Shown here in pieces: positions 58,759-64,000 of a stretch of DNA of 64,000 nucleotides (position 1 is its first letter; each line of letters starts with the position of its first letter). The position numbers and the translations under genes were made by a program. Under the pieces are notes generated by a model that was not told the DNA's origin, ran no database searches, and worked only from the letters and a program-made list of their open reading frames with translations. The DNA comes from Myxococcota bacterium (GTDB lineage Bacteria > Myxococcota_A > UBA9160 > UBA4427). Location of the stretch: contig OZ252299.1 in NCBI GenBank assembly GCA_965250285.1, forward strand, positions 2,240,001-2,304,000, given 5' to 3'.

Positions 58759-59186
58759 GTGCGTGTACACCTCCGCCCCGCCGCCCCACCGGGCCACGAC
58801 GGTCGCGTCATCTTCTCGTTCGCCAACGCATCGTCCGGCCGGGAATGAGGCTGAACCCCGAAGCGGCCTTCGAGAACGCCCTGAGCCGCCGAGGCTGCCC
58901 CCAGCGTGACGCCTCGCACATCGCTCGATCACGCACCGGCAACACGCCGGCAACTCGCGCGGCGGATCGACGGATCGCGCCGGGGCACGTCGCGGCGCGG
59001 CCAGGCAATCGACGCCACTCGCGATGCCTGGCGTTGCTAGTCTGATCGAGCCCCGTCGCGCGTCGACCCGTCGCGCCGCGAACGCGATGCCGAGCAGCCG
59101 AGCCGGGCGCTGGCTTGGCCCGATCGACTGCGCCACCGAGCCCGCCCTCGCGTCGACGACGCACCAGCCTGGAGCCCAGCCCACCG

Positions 59187-60755
59187 ATGTTCGCCGCCGC
59201 CGAGACGGGACGTCGCGTCGACCCCGAGACCTTCGAGGCCGAGGTCACCGAGCTGCGCGTCGACCTGCTGAACGCGCAGTTCGACCTCCGCCGTGCCGGG
59301 TTCCCGGTCGTCCTGCTCGTCGATGGCGACGATCGCCTCGCGTGCAACCTCGTCCTGCAGGGCATCAACGACTGGCTCGACGGGCGCTACGTGAAGACCC
59401 ACGTCCTCGGTCCGCCCACCGAGGGCGAACGGGTGCGGCCCCGCGACTGGCGCTACTGGAGCCGGCTGCCGCCCGCCGGACGCACGGCCGTGTTCGCACA
59501 CAGCTGGATGCACGAAGCGATACAGCGCGTCGCGACCGGCGAATCGGACGAAGCGGGCCTCGAAGACGACATCCGTCGCATCCGCGCGTTCGAGCGCACG
59601 CTCGTGAACGACGGCACGCTGCTGATGAAGTTCTGGTACCACCTGCCGCGCAAGGAGCTGGGCAAGCGCCTCGAGAGCGGCATTGCCGACCACCAGCCCC
59701 GCTGGCGGCTGGGCGAGCAGGTCGAGCAGCTCTACGAGCACTACGAACCCGCCATCGCGCTCGCCGAGCGCATCGTCGCCGGCACCAGCACGGGCCTCGC
59801 CCCGTGGTTCGTCGTCGAGAGCACCGATCCCCTGTATGCCGGTCTCGAGACGGCGCGGCGCGTCTTGTCGGGGCTCACTGAGCGCATCGACGAGGTCGAC
59901 CTGCCGCCGCTCGACCCCTCGCGCGTGCCCATGCCCGTGGCGCGGCCGAGCGATGTCAACCCCGATCCGCGCGGCGACGAAGACGAGAGTCGACCGCGCC
60001 GCGTGCTCGACTCGGTCGACCTCGAGCGGCGCGTGTCGAAGGACAAGTACGCCGAGAAGTTCGCGAAGAACCAGGCGAAGCTCGATGCGCTGTTCACCGA
60101 GGCCGAAGACGTGGGCGTCTCGACCGTGCTCGTCTTCGAGGGCTGGGACGCCGCCGGCAAGGGCGGCACGATTCGACGGGTCTGCCAGCCGGTCGATCCG
60201 CGCCTCTATCACGTCGTGCCGATCGCAGCGCCGACCCCCGAAGAGAAGGCCCACCACTACCTCTGGCGCTTTTGGCAGCAGCTGCCGCGCGCGGGTCGCA
60301 TGACGGTGTTCGATCGCAGCTGGTACGGCCGCGTGCTCGTCGAGCGCGTCGAGGGCCTCGCGAGTGAGGACGAGTGGCAGCGTGCGTTCGAGGAGATTCG
60401 CGATTTCGAATCACAGCTCGTCGACGCGAACACGCTCGTGCTCAAGTTCTGGCTGCACCTGAGTCCGCAAGAGCAGCTGCGCCGCTTCGAGGCGCGCGAG
60501 CAGACACCGTACAAGAAGTACAAGATCACCGACGAGGACTATCGGAATCGCGCGCGCTGGGAAGATTACGAGATCGCGGTCGACGACATGGTGGGCCGCA
60601 CGAGCACGCGCGCCTGTCCATGGCATCTGATCGCCGCCGAGCAGAAGCGCGCCGCGCGTCTCGAGGTCGTCGAGATCGTCCGAAAGCAGCTCGGCAAGGC
60701 GATCAAGAAGGCGCGCAAGCGCGCCGAGACGGCGAACGAAGCCGGGAGCGCCTAG
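59187..60755 (+). CDS. pap: polyphosphate:AMP phosphotransferase (two-domain PPK2, class II)
   Basis: The C-terminal domain has FEGWDAAGKGG, FDRSWYGRVLVERV and KFWLH. The N-terminal copy is degenerate. Confidence 0.9.
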   Translation: MFAAAETGRRVDPETFEAEVTELRVDLLNAQFDLRRAGFPVVLLVDGDDRLACNLVLQGINDWLDGRYVKTHVLGPPTEGERVRPRDWRYWSRLPPAGRTAVFAHSWMHEAIQRVATGESDEAGLEDDIRRIRAFERTLVNDGTLLMKFWYHLPRKELGKRLESGIADHQPRWRLGEQVEQLYEHYEPAIALAERIVAGTSTGLAPWFVVESTDPLYAGLETARRVLSGLTERIDEVDLPPLDPSRVPMPVARPSDVNPDPRGDEDESRPRRVLDSVDLERRVSKDKYAEKFAKNQAKLDALFTEAEDVGVSTVLVFEGWDAAGKGGTIRRVCQPVDPRLYHVVPIAAPTPEEKAHHYLWRFWQQLPRAGRMTVFDRSWYGRVLVERVEGLASEDEWQRAFEEIRDFESQLVDANTLVLKFWLHLSPQEQLRRFEAREQTPYKKYKITDEDYRNRARWEDYEIAVDDMVGRTSTRACPWHLIAAEQKRAARLEVVEIVRKQLGKAIKKARKRAETANEAGSA

Positions 60756-60808
60756 GGAACCTCTGGCCAGTCGGCCGTGCCAGGGCCAACTGGCCAGAGG
60801 TTCCCTAG
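60752..60808. repeat. 57-bp palindromic MITE-like element flanked by CTAG; may also act as a bidirectional terminator
   Basis: Perfect 20-bp inverted repeat CTAGGGAACCTCTGGCCAGT (60752-60771) / ACTGGCCAGAGGTTCCCTAG (60789-60808). Confidence 0.75.
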
Positions 60809-61605
60809 CCGCCGTAGCTCTTCAGGATCTCGCCCCAGCGCGCCTCGAAGGCCGGCCGCAGCGGCGGATGCGTGAACACGTAGAAGTCGCCCTGCTCGAT
60901 GGCACGGGCCACCTGCTCGCCGACGTCGGCCGGGTCGGTGCCACTCTCGATCACCGCCCCCATCGGACCCACCCCGTCTCCCGCGCCGCCGTAGCGCTCC
61001 GGTCGGTGTCGTGGACTGGTTTCGAGCAGAGACGTCTTCACGATGCCGGGGCACAGCAGAGAGAGCCCCACCTGCGTGTCGGCGAGCTCGAGCCGCAGGC
61101 ACTCGGTCAGTCCGACCACGGCGTGCTTCGACGCGGTGTAGATCGAGAGACCGGCCACCGGGATATGCCCCGACACCGATGCCGTGTTCACGACGTGCGT
61201 CGGCTCGCCGAGCGCCTTGAGCCGCGGCAGGAAGACGCGGAGACCGTTGACGACGCCGTGCACGTTGAGGTCGAGGATCCATTCCCAGTCGCTATGGCTC
61301 GAGTCTTCGAGGGCGCCCACGGTGAAGGCGCCCGCGTTGTTGACGACGATGTGGACCGCCCCGAGCGCATCGCGCGCCGCATCGGCCGCGCGCTCGATGC
61401 TCTCCTGGCTCGTCACGTCGCACTCGACGGCAAACGCGGTCGCGCCGTTTTTCTGCAACGCCTTCACCGCCGCATCGGCCGCCGCGCCGTCGATGTCGGC
61501 CACGGCCACGGCGACCCCGCGTGCGGCCAGACTGCGCGCGATCGCCAACCCGATGCCGCTCGCGCCGCCGGTCACGAACGCGACCTTTCCGTTCAGCTCC
61601 TGCAT
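60805..61605 (-). CDS. short-chain dehydrogenase/reductase
   Basis: TGGASGIG, VNNAG, NTAS and YTASK. AGGAGG RBS. Confidence 0.92.
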   Translation of the reverse strand: MQELNGKVAFVTGGASGIGLAIARSLAARGVAVAVADIDGAAADAAVKALQKNGATAFAVECDVTSQESIERAADAARDALGAVHIVVNNAGAFTVGALEDSSHSDWEWILDLNVHGVVNGLRVFLPRLKALGEPTHVVNTASVSGHIPVAGLSIYTASKHAVVGLTECLRLELADTQVGLSLLCPGIVKTSLLETSPRHRPERYGGAGDGVGPMGAVIESGTDPADVGEQVARAIEQGDFYVFTHPPLRPAFEARWGEILKSYGG

Positions 61606-61637
61606 GGATCCTCCTGTGTCGTGGCTCTTGGTGTTGC

Positions 61638-62411
61638 TCAGGCGAGCTTCAGCGGAAGCTCGAGGTGCGCCTGGTACACGTGGTCACGATGTTCGAGCAG
61701 AATCGGGTCGAGGGCGGCGCGGGTCGCATCGTCCATCGCCCCGAACGCAGCGCGCATGGCCGGGGCCATCGGACAGTGCTCGTCGGGGAGCGGGTCGAAG
61801 AGCGCCATGAACGCCGCCGAGTAGATGTCGACACAGCTGAGCGCATCGCCCAGATAGTGCTTCGAGCCGGCGTCGCGCTGGGCGTGCAGTCGCCGCGCGA
61901 GCATCTCGAGCAAACCGACGATGCGCGCGGTCAGGCCGCTCGCCTCCCCCTCGCGGTAGCCGTACTTGTCGGCGAGATACCTGGCGACCGGCGGCGGAAA
62001 CCCCAGCTCGCCCTGCAACCCGGTGTGCACCGAAGACAGGCGCCGCATCCAACCGAGGCCGAGCTCGCCGCAGATCTCGTGCGACAAGCCGAAGGCCATG
62101 GCGCGGGTCTCGGCATCGGCCGGCAACAGCGCGGGCTCGGGCGCGAGTCGCTCGGCCAGCAGCAGGATCTCGGCCCAGCCCGCGCGCGGGGGCTCCTGCT
62201 CGTACATCGCAACGGGGCCGCTCGTGCTGCCGATCCAGTCGAGGAGCGAAGCGTTCGACTGGTCGAGCTTCACCGCGACCCACGGAATCGCCTTGATGTG
62301 CAGGATGCCCTTCGCCGCCTCGCCCCATGGGCTCGGCACGCCCGGCACGACCACCATGCGCAGACCCGACCGGTCTCGCGCAGCCTCGAACTCGACGAAC
62401 TCGAAGGGCAT
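61638..62411 (-). CDS. GST-like protein
   Basis: PSPWGEAAK N-terminal motif and C-terminal YLGDALSCVDIY. GAGGAG RBS. Confidence 0.65.
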   Translation of the reverse strand: MPFEFVEFEAARDRSGLRMVVVPGVPSPWGEAAKGILHIKAIPWVAVKLDQSNASLLDWIGSTSGPVAMYEQEPPRAGWAEILLLAERLAPEPALLPADAETRAMAFGLSHEICGELGLGWMRRLSSVHTGLQGELGFPPPVARYLADKYGYREGEASGLTARIVGLLEMLARRLHAQRDAGSKHYLGDALSCVDIYSAAFMALFDPLPDEHCPMAPAMRAAFGAMDDATRAALDPILLEHRDHVYQAHLELPLKLA

Positions 62412-62591
62412 CGACGCTCCTCATTTCATGGCGCCCGCGCGCAACCCGGCGCAGTCGACCCGTCGCGAGCTGTGGCACACCGCAGGACCCGCGAGAGTAG
62501 CGACCTCCCCCCGCCCTGGGCACCTGCCCTGCACTACGCTTCGCGGTACTTCGCTTCCATTCACCGGTCGGATCGGACCCGAGGAGCCCCC

Positions 62592-63080
62592 ATGCAGTCG
62601 CTCGAACAAGTCGCCCCCGCCTTCGTCGAAATGGCCCACAAGATCGTGTGGGCGAGCGTGGCCACCATCGACCGCCGCGATCGTCCGCGCAGTCGCGTGC
62701 TGCATCCGATCTGGCATTGGGACGGCACGCGCCTCGGCGGTTGGGTCGCAACGGGACCGACGCCCCTCAAGCGCGCGCACCTCGAGCACTCGCCCCACGT
62801 GTCGATCAACTACTGGACGCCGGATCAGGACACGTGCGTCGCCGAGTGTCGAGCGGTCTGGCACTTCGACCTCGAGACACGCGAGCGCATCTGGCGGCTC
62901 TTCGAAGAGACGCCGCCGCCGGTCGGCTACGACCCCGCGATCATCCCCGGGTGGGAGAAGCCGAGCGACGACGCCTTCGCGGCACTCGAGCTGATCCCGT
63001 GGCGGCTGCGCGTCTTCCCCGGCAGCGTGCTGATGGGTCAGGGCGGCGACGTGTTGACGTGGAAGGCGGACGACGCCTGA
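62592..63080 (+). CDS. pyridoxamine 5'-phosphate oxidase-like flavin/F420-binding split-barrel protein
   Basis: SVATID, PRSRVLHP and KRAHLEHSPHVSINYW. GAGGAG RBS. Confidence 0.8.
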   Translation: MQSLEQVAPAFVEMAHKIVWASVATIDRRDRPRSRVLHPIWHWDGTRLGGWVATGPTPLKRAHLEHSPHVSINYWTPDQDTCVAECRAVWHFDLETRERIWRLFEETPPPVGYDPAIIPGWEKPSDDAFAALELIPWRLRVFPGSVLMGQGGDVLTWKADDA

Positions 63081-63324
63081 ACGTGTCGGGGGCCGCCTGG
63101 CGGCGCGCGCGCTCATCGGCAACTCACCTGCAGCCATGCTTCGGCCGCACGCATCCGGTTTGGACGCACCTACATCCCGCGTCCAATCCCGTTCAGGATT
63201 GGACCCTCGCGGGCCTTCCGCCGAACGAATTCCGGGGCTCTGTGGCGGGTTCCGCTTTTCTTCGCGGCCGAGCTGCCGTTGAGTTCGGGATCGCCGGCAC
63301 GACGTTGTCGGCGGGAGAGCCCCG

Positions 63325-63660
63325 ATGTCGAATCACACCCATCGCATGCGCGCACACGGCCGCTCTTGGATCGCTGCCGGCGCGTTGCTGCTCGCCTGCG
63401 CGACGCCTGCGTTCGGGTTCTCCCCCGAGACGGCAGCGCCCCTGGGCGACGCGGCGCTCGAAGCGCCGGCTTCGCCCCAGGTCGAGACCGTGCTTCATGG
63501 CGCGGCCGCGACCGAGGACAGGGCCCGGCCGACCCTGATGCAGCGCATCACCGAGCGGCTTCGCCGCCTGCCGTTTCGGCCGGTCATGATCGGCGAGACG
63601 CCGCGCACGCCCGAAGACCCCGAGCCGGGGGCGGGCATGACCATCTTCATTCAGTTCTGA
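63325..63660 (+). CDS. small hypothetical secreted protein
   Basis: GGAGAG RBS, signal-peptide-like N-terminus and C-terminal MTIFIQF. Confidence 0.45.
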   Translation: MSNHTHRMRAHGRSWIAAGALLLACATPAFGFSPETAAPLGDAALEAPASPQVETVLHGAAATEDRARPTLMQRITERLRRLPFRPVMIGETPRTPEDPEPGAGMTIFIQF

Positions 63661-63721
63661 TCGTCGGTTCGGATCGAGACGCCGGAGCGCCGGTTCGAGC
63701 CATCGCCCCGGCCCGGCTTCG

Positions 63722-64000
63722 TCAGCTCGCGGGCATTCGCGCCTCGACCCAGCGCCGGTAGCGCTCGGGCGGGTAGAACGCGATCCAGGTCAGGACGGTC
63801 ATCGCGACGAGCATGAGGTTTGCGGCCGTCGAGATCCACCAGATGTCGATGATGCGGACGCCCATGAGGAGCGGCGTCGCCCACAGCGTCGCCGAGGCAC
63901 ACGCACCGACGGCAAAGCCCAGCCCCCAGACACGAAACCGTTCGACGACGAGCGGCTCGACGAGCCCGAGCTCGAGTCGACGCCGCAGCTTGCCCCAGTA
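63722..64000 (-). CDS. 3' end of a hypothetical membrane protein (truncated by the window edge)
   Basis: Hand-translated open frame YWGKLRRRLELGLVEPLVVERFRVW...LTWIAFYPPERYRRWVEARMPAS* with two TM segments. Absent from the ORF track. Confidence 0.65.
   Translation of the reverse strand, partial: YWGKLRRRLELGLVEPLVVERFRVWGLGFAVGACASATLWATPLLMGVRIIDIWWISTAANLMLVAMTVLTWIAFYPPERYRRWVEARMPAS

Noticed and set aside
59187..59900. Degenerate N-terminal PPK2 domain as a novelty
   Set aside because: An inactive N-terminal domain is a known property of two-domain class II PPK2 enzymes.

Overview
A gene-dense, very GC-rich bacterial chromosomal segment with about 56 credible protein-coding genes. The gene content (PEP-CTERM proteins, many lipid and xenobiotic enzymes) suggests an uncultured Myxococcota/deltaproteobacterium-like lineage, which is inference only. 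I recognised no rRNA, tRNA, CRISPR array or transposase. Most genes are catabolic or accessory enzymes: CoA transferase, amidohydrolases, SDRs, a P450, GSTs, a sulfatase, a single-chain biotin carboxylase and PPK2. Five loci stand out. (1) 5.2-14.2 kb: a DevB-DevC-DevC-DevA ABC exporter and TolC are interleaved with an FGGY sugar kinase, a divergent CDP-DAG synthase and a PIP-synthase-like CDP-alcohol phosphotransferase, a candidate make-and-export system for an unusual phospho(glyco)lipid. (2) 4.06-5.0 kb: an apparently catalytically dead persulfide-dioxygenase-like MBL domain is fused to two tandem LexA-like winged-helix repeats, with repeated palindromes upstream. (3) 21.7-22.2 kb: a UGSC selenoprotein that the ORF track splits at an in-frame UGA followed by a SECIS-like hairpin. 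(4) 16.7-18.95 kb: a bufferin-type RiPP cluster (precursor, DUF692, DUF2063) with three 35-bp-periodic hairpin repeats upstream. (5) 50.4-55.2 kb: a sigma-54-controlled sulfane-sulfur operon (PDO, rhodanese, TauE, YeeE/YedE pair) with a readable promoter and enhancer sites. A CTAG-flanked 57-bp MITE-like palindrome supplies the stop codons of two convergent genes at 60.75-60.81 kb. All family assignments come from motif recognition by eye; no database searches were run.
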